Shown: positions 57,822-64,000 of the stretch, piece after piece
How the letters are laid out: each line of letters starts with the position of its first letter
Position numbering within the stretch: position 1 is the first letter of the stretch
IMG/VR virus record: IMGVR_UViG_3300032087_005124
Location: 1,975-65,974 of that record
Origin: a virus
Length of the DNA stretch: 64,000 bases
Direction: 5' to 3' (one strand)
Notes under the pieces: model-generated
Told to the model about the DNA's origin: nothing
What the model saw: the letters and a program-made list of their open reading frames with translations, nothing else
The model's database searches: none
Program-made: the position numbers and the translations under genes

Positions 57822-58181
57822 TTAATCTGGCAAAACAATTTCTTCTTTTGTGGAATATTTCTTTTCTTTTCTTTCTTTTATCAACATTGCTTTTGCTAAA
57901 ATCGCATAGTTTACAATGTCATCACAAGCATCTGTAACAGTCTCATCTGAAACAGAAAGTTCTTTGTCGTTAGTAAAAGAATTAATTCTTTGTATTTTGT
58001 CAATAACACGAATTAAAAGACCTTTTACTGGATGCATACCAATAATTTTGGCTGAGTTAAAATTAGCAAAAATATCTTGTGCGGTTTTACCACCAGTATA
58101 ATCGCTGTTTTTCTTTACCATGACTTCCCTGCAACTATTACAGGTGTCTTCGTGAATGTTTAATAATTCATTTAAATCCAT
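57822..58181 (-). CDS. DUF1599 (nucleotide-modification-associated domain 1)-like protein
   Basis: KKNSDY...NF...IRVIDKIQRI...DACDDIVNYAIL. Confidence 0.7.
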   Translation of the reverse strand: MDLNELLNIHEDTCNSCREVMVKKNSDYTGGKTAQDIFANFNSAKIIGMHPVKGLLIRVIDKIQRINSFTNDKELSVSDETVTDACDDIVNYAILAKAMLIKERKEKKYSTKEEIVLPD

Positions 58182-58184
58182 TTT

Positions 58185-58442
58185 TTATTCCTCAGATTGT
58201 TCTTGTTTTTTTTGTTCCATTCTATAAATGTGTCTAGTCCACATATCAGCTTGTTCCATAGTTACTCTATCAGACCATTGTTTATAAGTACCCATGTATA
58301 TATAAAAAGGGTATTCTATTACTTTTGTAATAAAGCTTACTATACCTGCAAGAATTCCTAATGGAATGCCGATAAGAATAGCTAATAAAAAGATAAATGA
58401 TTTTCCAAAAAATAATTCCAATCTATTCATCTTCTTCTTCAA
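58185..58442 (-). CDS. Membrane protein
   Basis: Long hydrophobic stretch FIFLLAILIGIPLGILAGIVSF. Confidence 0.6.
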   Translation of the reverse strand: MKKKMNRLELFFGKSFIFLLAILIGIPLGILAGIVSFITKVIEYPFYIYMGTYKQWSDRVTMEQADMWTRHIYRMEQKKQEQSEE

Positions 58443-58560
58443 GTCTTTCTAATTCGTTTATTGCTTGTTCTATTTCTTCGTATGTCGGATAACGCATTCT
58501 ATGTTTTTCACTTTCTGGAATAACTCCCATCCAACAGATACTTTTTTCTTCGTCTTTCAT
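58423..58560 (-). CDS. Small hypothetical protein (45 aa; not in ORF track)
   Basis: MKDEEKSICWMGVIPESEKHRMRYPTYEEIEQAINELERLEEEDE*; lies directly behind a consensus promoter. Confidence 0.6.
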   Translation of the reverse strand: MKDEEKSICWMGVIPESEKHRMRYPTYEEIEQAINELERLEEEDE

Positions 58561-58569
58561 AATACATAT

Positions 58570-58597
58570 ATTATAAATAGTAAACTGGTATTGTCAA
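58570..58597 (-). promoter_or_regulatory. Consensus sigma70 promoter TTGACA-16-TATAAT (leftward)
   Basis: tgtcaa at 58592-58597 and attata at 58570-58575 on the + strand; ATG 9 nt downstream. Confidence 0.8.
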
Positions 58598-58622
58598 AGG
58601 AATTTTTATTCAAAAAAAATAC

Positions 58623-58650
58623 TTGACCATATAAAAAGTTGTAGTAAATT
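58623..58650 (+). promoter_or_regulatory. Sigma70-like promoter TTGACC-16-TAAATT with upstream A-tract (rightward)
   Basis: Back-to-back with the leftward promoter; ATG 6 nt downstream. Confidence 0.7.
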
Positions 58651-58656
58651 AGCCTT

Positions 58657-59595
58657 ATGCAAAAAGTAAACGAAGTCTTCAAAGACGCAATTGGACAGGA
58701 TTCTGTCAAAAAGACATTAAGTGTCTATATAGATGCTTATAAGAAAACAAATCGTATGCCCTTCTTGAATTTCACTACTCAAAAGGGTGGCGGTAAAACA
58801 TTCTTCGCTCGTAAGTTTAGAGAAGCTCTACAGCGAACAGATGGTAGTAGACCTCCAATGCTTGAGGTCAATGGTAAAACAATAAAAAACGCAAATAGTT
58901 TCTTCGAACAAGTTTATCCAGTTTGGATACAGAACAAAGCACATTTGTTTATTGATGAAGGACATAATTTGCCTAATGAATTACAGCAGATTTTTCTTTC
59001 TGTTTTTAATGTGGATAAGAATCCTATTAGAACAGTTGAGCATGATACTATTCCCTATACTTTTGATTTTAGAGAAATATCATTCTGCATGGCAACTACA
59101 GATCAGCAGAAGTTAGCTGAACCATTGAGAGATCGTCTTCGTGATATTGCTTTTGAGGAATATTCAAATGAAGATCTATATAGTATATTCTATGATAACA
59201 TGGAGAATAAAGCAGATATAAAGCAGAGCGTACAGGAAGATATTGTTTCTACTTTTAGAGGCAATCCAAGAGATGCGGTTGTTAAAGCAGAAGATTTAAA
59301 AACTTTCGTTTCTGCAAGATCTCTTAAAGAGATTACAAAGTATGTATGGCAGGATTTCTGTAAGACTATGGGAATACTTAAATACGGCTTAACTGCTTCT
59401 GAGATGTCAATCATAAAAACTCTTGGAGAAAGAGGGGCTATGTCATTAACTGGATTGTCTTCAATCACTGGATTCCAAAAAGGAGCTATCCAGAAAGATT
59501 ATGAAGCAATATTAATCAAGAAGAATCTAATGAAAATAGACTCTAAAAGAGAATTAACTAAAAAAGGATTGGATCTTGCAAGAGCTTTTGCTTAA
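58657..59595 (+). CDS. RuvB-like AAA+ ATPase with C-terminal winged helix
   Basis: IGQDSVK, QKGGGKT Walker A, FIDEGH Walker B, ATT...LAEPLRDR, RGNPRDA, wHTH GLTASE...YEAILI. Confidence 0.8.
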   Translation: MQKVNEVFKDAIGQDSVKKTLSVYIDAYKKTNRMPFLNFTTQKGGGKTFFARKFREALQRTDGSRPPMLEVNGKTIKNANSFFEQVYPVWIQNKAHLFIDEGHNLPNELQQIFLSVFNVDKNPIRTVEHDTIPYTFDFREISFCMATTDQQKLAEPLRDRLRDIAFEEYSNEDLYSIFYDNMENKADIKQSVQEDIVSTFRGNPRDAVVKAEDLKTFVSARSLKEITKYVWQDFCKTMGILKYGLTASEMSIIKTLGERGAMSLTGLSSITGFQKGAIQKDYEAILIKKNLMKIDSKRELTKKGLDLARAFA

Positions 59596-59603
59596 AATTA
59601 TAT

Positions 59604-59915
59604 ATGCGAAAAAACTATAAGCCCAAAGAAATCATAATCGCAGGAACAAAGTTTGATATTGTATATAAAACAATGAAAGATTTTGGCGAATTAGATTTCG
59701 ATGAAAGAAAGATATATGTATCTAATAAAATAAAAGGAGAAGTTCTTTTAGATACAATCATTCATGAAGCTGTTCATGTCATGCTTTCTTTCTCAGGGCT
59801 TGGTTATATCCTCGAAGATGTACAAACAGAATTAGAGGAAGCATTAGTTCGGGCATTTGATAACATAGCAATCCCAATTATAAAAGAACAAATTAAATCT
59901 TACTATGAGGTTTAA
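59604..59915 (+). CDS. Small HExxH metallopeptidase-like protein
   Basis: FGELDFDERKIYV...TIIHEAVH...EEALV. Confidence 0.7.
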   Translation: MRKNYKPKEIIIAGTKFDIVYKTMKDFGELDFDERKIYVSNKIKGEVLLDTIIHEAVHVMLSFSGLGYILEDVQTELEEALVRAFDNIAIPIIKEQIKSYYEV

Positions 59916-59935
59916 TTTTTATTTAAAAAAAATAG

Positions 59936-59963
59936 TTGACATTAAAAGCGAACAGAGTATATT
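59936..59963 (+). promoter_or_regulatory. Sigma70-like promoter TTGACA-16-TATATT with A-tract
   Basis: Hexamers at 59936-59941 and 59958-59963; ATG 9 nt downstream. Confidence 0.7.
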
Positions 59964-59972
59964 AGAAGCACT

Positions 59973-60173
59973 ATGAGAATTACAGTTGAATATGATCATG
60001 TCATTCAGAATGCTACTCAAACATCTTTTTCTTTTAAAGAGATGGCTATGAAGCACCACGACTGGCTTTGTGATCAAGGTATTTTGTATGAAGGTTACGA
60101 TGAGTTACCTTTTACTGAAAAACAGTTTGAAGCTGTTATCGATTATTTAGACAGAAAAAGTCATCAAATCTAA
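59973..60173 (+). CDS. Hypothetical protein
   Basis: ORF behind a promoter. Confidence 0.6.
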   Translation: MRITVEYDHVIQNATQTSFSFKEMAMKHHDWLCDQGILYEGYDELPFTEKQFEAVIDYLDRKSHQI

Positions 60174-60199
60174 TAAACATAAAACTAAAAAACAAAACA

Positions 60200-60412
60200 A
60201 TGGGTAGAGGTAGACCAAAAGGAGCAAAGTCATTTGTAAACATTGACATGGAAACACTGAATAATTATTTTGGTGCTAGACAGTTTGTTCCAGTTAGCAG
60301 GGTTTGGCTAGAAAAGCTAAACATCGTAGTTGATGAAAGTCAACCGAACGTAGTAAAAACTTCGGCTAAACCGACAGAAGGTGAAGTCATATCAATGAAC
60401 TTAACACAATGA
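60200..60412 (+). CDS. Small protein with N-terminal AT-hook-like motif
   Basis: MGRGRPKGAK. Confidence 0.6.
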   Translation: MGRGRPKGAKSFVNIDMETLNNYFGARQFVPVSRVWLEKLNIVVDESQPNVVKTSAKPTEGEVISMNLTQ

Positions 60413-60657
60413 GAACTTTACTTGATGCAATTAAATTAGCAGAAAGCGAAGAGATTGATGGTCTATGGGCTATCTTAAAGTACAAAGATATTGGTATAAT
60501 GAGGAAGCTAAAATCTATGTCAGCTTTATTAGATATAGATGATAATAAAGTTATTGATGAAGCTCCTAAAGACGAAGATAATAGAATAATAGATTTTAAA
60601 ACTAGAAATCAAATACATAAAATATTATTAGAAACTAGCAAGCAAGCTTATGAGTGA
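60409..60657 (+). CDS. Hypothetical protein
   Basis: ATGA-coupled ORF. Confidence 0.55.
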   Translation: MRTLLDAIKLAESEEIDGLWAILKYKDIGIMRKLKSMSALLDIDDNKVIDEAPKDEDNRIIDFKTRNQIHKILLETSKQAYE

Positions 60658-60847
60658 AAAAATTAATTTTACCTTATTAGGAGGTTGGATTTTAAAAGCA
60701 GAAGTTGACGAAGAGAATGAAGTAATTCATGTTACTCTTGGCAATGAAAAAGGGCAAATAGCAAAAAAAGATTTGTCTAATTACACAGGTGGACACCTTG
60801 ATGAAGATACAACATCTTACGTTCTGATCAATGAAGGAAGTAATTAA
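60650..60847 (+). CDS. Hypothetical protein
   Basis: Coupled ORF. Confidence 0.5.
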   Translation: MSEKINFTLLGGWILKAEVDEENEVIHVTLGNEKGQIAKKDLSNYTGGHLDEDTTSYVLINEGSN

Positions 60848-61022
60848 GTATATTGTTCTTGATAGAAAGAACAGAAAGATGGGAGGATATTCTACAAAAT
60901 TGCAAATAGGATGTCCTAGAAAAATGGCTATACAAAACGCAGAGCAATCAAACGGAACAGTTTTTGCGGTTGATGAAGATGGAGACATGAGAGAAGTGTA
61001 TCCAAAAGATAAATTAAAATGA
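60831..61022 (+). CDS. Hypothetical protein
   Basis: Coupled ORF. Confidence 0.5.
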   Translation: MKEVIKYIVLDRKNRKMGGYSTKLQIGCPRKMAIQNAEQSNGTVFAVDEDGDMREVYPKDKLK

Positions 61023-61264
61023 TTATTTCAGAGAACGCACTGTATCTACACGGATTAAAAGATGCGATTGCAGGGTCTTCAAGTTGTGGAAAGATAGTAT
61101 ATGACTATGAAAAGGTTGTTGCTATTTTTGTAAAACAAGGGATGACACAAGAAGAAGCAATTGATTATGTTGATTATAATGTAATGGGATTGCAATGCAA
61201 TGGCGATGGATTTATCATGATGTATGATAAAAATATGATTGACATAGAGGATTTTGAGGAGTAA
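61019..61264 (+). CDS. Hypothetical phage protein
   Basis: DAIAG...IVYDYEKVVAIF...EEAIDYVDYNV; ATGA-coupled. Confidence 0.6.
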   Translation: MIISENALYLHGLKDAIAGSSSCGKIVYDYEKVVAIFVKQGMTQEEAIDYVDYNVMGLQCNGDGFIMMYDKNMIDIEDFEE

Positions 61265-61271
61265 TTTTTAT

Positions 61272-61300
61272 TTGACACCGAATTTAAATTAATTTAAATT
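61272..61300 (+). promoter_or_regulatory. Sigma70-like promoter TTGACA-17-TAAATT containing a perfect 20-bp A/T palindrome
   Basis: AATTTAAATTAATTTAAATT at 61281-61300; ATG 7 nt downstream. Confidence 0.75.
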
Positions 61301-61307
61301 AAAACAT

Positions 61308-61490
61308 ATGAAGAAGTTTAAAGTTACATTCAGAGATGAAATAGAAGCAGAATCAGAAGAGGAAGCGTATAAAAACATTCTTAATTTTTGTGCAATGGTT
61401 TACAATAGTTCAGATGTTACAGCTTTTAAATTTGAAGAAGTTTTAGAAGATGGCAATGGGCATGAGATTAAAATGCCTGTAACCCCATAA
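61308..61490 (+). CDS. Hypothetical protein
   Basis: ORF behind a promoter; FKVTFRDEIEAESEEEA. Confidence 0.55.
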   Translation: MKKFKVTFRDEIEAESEEEAYKNILNFCAMVYNSSDVTAFKFEEVLEDGNGHEIKMPVTP

Positions 61491-61495
61491 AATTA

Positions 61496-61651
61496 ATGAA
61501 AAGTATTTGGAGATTGTGGGCAAAAGCGTTAGGAGAAAAACAAGGAAAAGATAGTGAGGCTGATTTTGTAGCACTTATTAGAACTTTGATTATTCTTCAA
61601 GCTATTATTTGCAATTTCTTTATTGTGGCTAATATTATAAAAAATTGGTAA
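61496..61651 (+). CDS. Small membrane-associated phage protein (51 aa; not in ORF track)
   Basis: MKSIWRLWAKALGEKQGKDSEADFVALIRTLIILQAIICNFFIVANIIKNW*; TAATG junction to the next gene. Confidence 0.65.
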   Translation: MKSIWRLWAKALGEKQGKDSEADFVALIRTLIILQAIICNFFIVANIIKNW

Positions 61652-62121
61652 TGAATATATTTGCAGTAGACAAAGATCCTAAAATTTCAGCACAGCAGTT
61701 GTGCGACAAACACGTTGTAAAAATGATTCTAGAATCGGCACAAATGCTTTGTGCGGTTTATGACAATGGTACAGCACCATACAAAAGAGCTTTTTACAAT
61801 CACCCTTGCACCATTTGGGCTAGGGAATCACAAGAAAACTATGAGTGGTTATTAGATCATGCTTATGCCATGTGTCAAGAGTATACAAGACGTTATGGCA
61901 AAGTACATAAATCTATTTATGCTATCGAGTGGTGCGGTAAAAACTACCACAGATTAAATTTACCTAAGATTGGTTTGACACCTTTTGCTCAAGCTATGCC
62001 AGAAGAGTACAAAAACGATTGTGCTATTAAAGCATACAGAGCTTATTATAATGGAGAGAAAGCATATTTTGCTACTTGGAAAACAAGAAAAACTCCTGAG
62101 TGGTTTCAGCCAGTTAAATGA
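61651..62121 (+). CDS. Pyrimidine-dimer DNA glycosylase (endonuclease V/DenV-like family)
   Basis: MNIF...CDKHVVKMILESAQML, NHPCTIW, RRYGKVHKS, TPFAQAMP, AYRAYY; likely start 61651. Confidence 0.8.
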   Translation: MNIFAVDKDPKISAQQLCDKHVVKMILESAQMLCAVYDNGTAPYKRAFYNHPCTIWARESQENYEWLLDHAYAMCQEYTRRYGKVHKSIYAIEWCGKNYHRLNLPKIGLTPFAQAMPEEYKNDCAIKAYRAYYNGEKAYFATWKTRKTPEWFQPVK

Positions 62122-62405
62122 ATTTTTTAAAACTAATTTTTGCATATATCAATATAGTAGTTCCTGCTCCTTCAGAGGAGTGGGAGCTACACCATGCAAA
62201 TACTGAAGCGGTTGGCGGTGGAGATAATCATTATCTAATTGTTCATACAAGTGGAAGATGGTATGAAAAAATAGTTGACAAGCAAAATAGACCACTATAT
62301 ATTTCAAACAGCGAAAGTTATCGCTACATAATTTCTTGGGAACAAGATAAACCAATAATAAAATATAAAGCACCCAACTCTTGGAAGTGGGTAAAACTAA
62401 ATTAA
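62118..62405 (+). CDS. Hypothetical protein
   Basis: ATGA-coupled ORF; contains an internal promoter-like sequence. Confidence 0.45.
   Translation: MNFLKLIFAYINIVVPAPSEEWELHHANTEAVGGGDNHYLIVHTSGRWYEKIVDKQNRPLYISNSESYRYIISWEQDKPIIKYKAPNSWKWVKLN
62275..62303 (+). promoter_or_regulatory. Possible intragenic sigma70 promoter TTGACA-17-TATATT
   Basis: Preceded by aaaaaatag, the same upstream context as the 59936 promoter. Confidence 0.45.
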
Positions 62406-62409
62406 GCGT

Positions 62410-62967
62410 ATGGCAAATATTATTACAAATAAACTAACAATAAGAAAGGGAGCAAAAAAAATCTTTTCTTCTCTTGGTTCTGAAGTTGCTAATCACACAA
62501 TAGTAAGCGATGAACTTTACGACATCTTAAAAAACTTTTCTTTCCAGAAGATTATAAAGTGCGACCCTGATGATCGTCAGGAAGCTTTTGATAAGTGGGG
62601 TTGCCCTAGTGATGCTGAAACTTCTCATGAAGAGTTTTTAGGTGAAGACGACACTGTTAATCTAATAAATAGTTTTGGTGAGTTCTGTACAGAATGGCAT
62701 CCGCCAGTAGAAATAGTAAGAGCATTGCAAAAGAAGTTTCCTGATTATACTTTTGCGTTGGACTTTATAGACGAAGGATTTTGTTTTTGTGGTTCTGTAG
62801 ATATAAATGGTGAAGAAAATTTCTCAGAGGAAGAAAAAGATATGAGATATTACGGAGCTTATCTCTTAAACTTATCGCACAAAGAATTAGATGAGTTTCT
62901 AGAAGTTGATGAAGAGGATGGTAAAGTCAAGAATGACATTGATAAATTTATTGAAAAAAACTCTTGA
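62410..62967 (+). CDS. DUF1281/YubB ferredoxin-like domain protein
   Basis: MANIITNKL start, KWG, FCTEWHPP, KKFPDYTFALDFIDEG. Confidence 0.6.
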   Translation: MANIITNKLTIRKGAKKIFSSLGSEVANHTIVSDELYDILKNFSFQKIIKCDPDDRQEAFDKWGCPSDAETSHEEFLGEDDTVNLINSFGEFCTEWHPPVEIVRALQKKFPDYTFALDFIDEGFCFCGSVDINGEENFSEEEKDMRYYGAYLLNLSHKELDEFLEVDEEDGKVKNDIDKFIEKNS

Positions 62968-62992
62968 CCCTGAATTTAAATTAATTTAAATT
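62964..62992 (+). promoter_or_regulatory. Sigma70-like promoter TTGACC-17-TAAATT with the same 20-bp A/T palindrome
   Basis: Palindrome at 62973-62992; ATG 6 nt downstream. Confidence 0.75.
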
Positions 62993-62998
62993 AAAATC

Positions 62999-63178
62999 AT
63001 GAACCACTATTACACAGACGAAGCAGATTCAGTGATAGATACACTGGAAGAACACAAACATTTAATTATGGAAGCATTCAATCCTATCGGAGATGTATTC
63101 GACGATATGGAAGCACAGTTTGATTTGATGATTAATGAAGCAACAAGAGTATTAAACAATAGCAAGAGAGTAAAATGA
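62999..63178 (+). CDS. Small acidic hypothetical protein (59 aa; not in ORF track)
   Basis: MNHYYTDEADSVIDTLEEHKHL...NNSKRVK*; behind a promoter, ATGA junction to the next gene. Confidence 0.65.
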   Translation: MNHYYTDEADSVIDTLEEHKHLIMEAFNPIGDVFDDMEAQFDLMINEATRVLNNSKRVK

Positions 63179-63396
63179 GTAAAGGATACACAACCGAAGA
63201 AGTACAGCAGTGGCAAGATTATGTTAACAGCAGACAAAAGAAGAAATATTATGTTGGCGTTAGCATTCTGAATGTCTACGAAGTAGAAGCTAAAAATAAA
63301 GAAGAAGCAGAAGAGGCAATTAGAAATTATTCTAATGAAGAACTGCTTGAGGATCATGATTTTAATATTAACTATATTGACGAGATAAAAGAATGA
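63175..63396 (+). CDS. Hypothetical protein
   Basis: YEVEAKNKEEAEEAI motif, similar to the 61308 ORF; coupled. Confidence 0.55.
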   Translation: MSKGYTTEEVQQWQDYVNSRQKKKYYVGVSILNVYEVEAKNKEEAEEAIRNYSNEELLEDHDFNINYIDEIKE

Positions 63397-63590
63397 GCGA
63401 GAAAACATACGAGAAACCAAGTCTCTGGACAGTAGATCTTAACACGGTGTTTAAAAACATTCTATTTGAATGCACTGAGGATGAGCTAGAACAAAATGTT
63501 CAAGAGTTTGTTATTAGCGAATTGGAAAATTTAGACTGGACATATGAAAGAGCAGATGTTAATGTAAGTAAAACAATGAAGATATCATGA
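63393..63590 (+). CDS. Hypothetical protein
   Basis: ATGA-coupled ORF. Confidence 0.5.
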   Translation: MSEKTYEKPSLWTVDLNTVFKNILFECTEDELEQNVQEFVISELENLDWTYERADVNVSKTMKIS

Positions 63591-63865
63591 GTGAAGAATT
63601 GCGAAAAGGTTTTATGAATCTAAAAAGTGTACCAGTAACAGATAAATTACGAAGAGGATTCGTCGTAGAAGCTGTTAAAACAAAATGTGGATGCGAGAAT
63701 AAACAGATCCATAATCTAATAAAAGATGAAGAGATTGGGTTAGATTTATTCCAAGCTATGACAGAAGATTACAATTACTATATTGATGAGATCCAAGGTC
63801 GCTGTAGAGACTGCGACACAGAAGTTGAAGTAGATTTACACTACACAGTAACCCACGAAGAATAA
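63587..63865 (+). CDS. Hypothetical protein with possible zinc site
   Basis: KCGC...CRDC. Confidence 0.5.
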   Translation: MSEELRKGFMNLKSVPVTDKLRRGFVVEAVKTKCGCENKQIHNLIKDEEIGLDLFQAMTEDYNYYIDEIQGRCRDCDTEVEVDLHYTVTHEE

Positions 63866-64000
63866 TGATGCTATTAAATCCAGACTATTGGGATTGTGAA
63901 TGCGAAAGTAATTACATCCACGAAAAAGCAGAAACAAATCATTGTATTAAGTGTGATACATATGAAGAAGATCAACCAGATTCAAGGCAGGAGGAAATAG
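63865..64000 (+). CDS. Cys-rich hypothetical protein, 3' truncated by window edge
   Basis: MMLLNPDYWDCECESNYIH...HCIKCD... Confidence 0.45.
   Translation, partial: MMLLNPDYWDCECESNYIHEKAETNHCIKCDTYEEDQPDSRQEEI

Noticed and set aside
63010-63420. Minus-strand 136-aa ORF in the track
   Set aside because: Antisense shadow; the + strand holds a promoter-led 59-aa ORF (62999-63178) and the coupled 63175 ORF
1-64000. Alternative genetic code (stop-codon reassignment), inteins or introns
   Set aside because: Code 11 gives dense, full-length genes ending in TAA, TGA and TAG; RecA, DnaB and DnaE have ordinary lengths with no splicing motifs

Overview
A 64-kb segment of a large, AT-rich (roughly one third G+C by eye), lytic-looking dsDNA tailed phage infecting a Gram-negative, probably aquatic host. 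It uses standard code 11, is almost all + strand and has tightly coupled ATGA/TAATG gene junctions. From left to right it contains five blocks. (1) A surface-glycan block: GT9-like fragment, methyltransferase, GT-A enzyme, ColD-like PLP dehydratase and Gmd. (2) A bacterial-type replication/recombination operon: RecA, Vsr-like nuclease, DnaB, DnaG, Cas4/RecB-like exonuclease, a DNA polymerase III alpha split into PHP, DnaQ and catalytic genes, and a ClpC-like ATPase. (3) ADP-heptose biosynthesis genes (HldD, HldE kinase and adenylyltransferase as separate genes, HAD phosphatase, cupin) interleaved with a lysis cassette (overlapping spanin-like pair, holin-like proteins, CHAP endolysin) and an outer-membrane beta-barrel gene. 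(4) About 29 kb of adhesion apparatus: three giant (2.1-2.9 kaa) modular GNVGIGT-repeat fibres that share swapped modules, four LamG-like paralogues, an 879-aa beta-rich protein and a further glycosyltransferase. (5) A short minus-strand block, then an early-type region of small genes behind strong sigma70-like promoters, including a RuvB-like ATPase, a HExxH protein, an AT-hook protein and a pyrimidine-dimer glycosylase. Non-coding signals found by eye: a recurring GTGTAA motif upstream of genes, near-leaderless sigma70 promoters, an A/T-only operator-like repeat family, and a 37-bp direct repeat that flanks a glycosyltransferase gene. No tRNA, rRNA, CRISPR array, integrase, reverse transcriptase or intein was seen. 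All family assignments come from motif recognition, not database searches.
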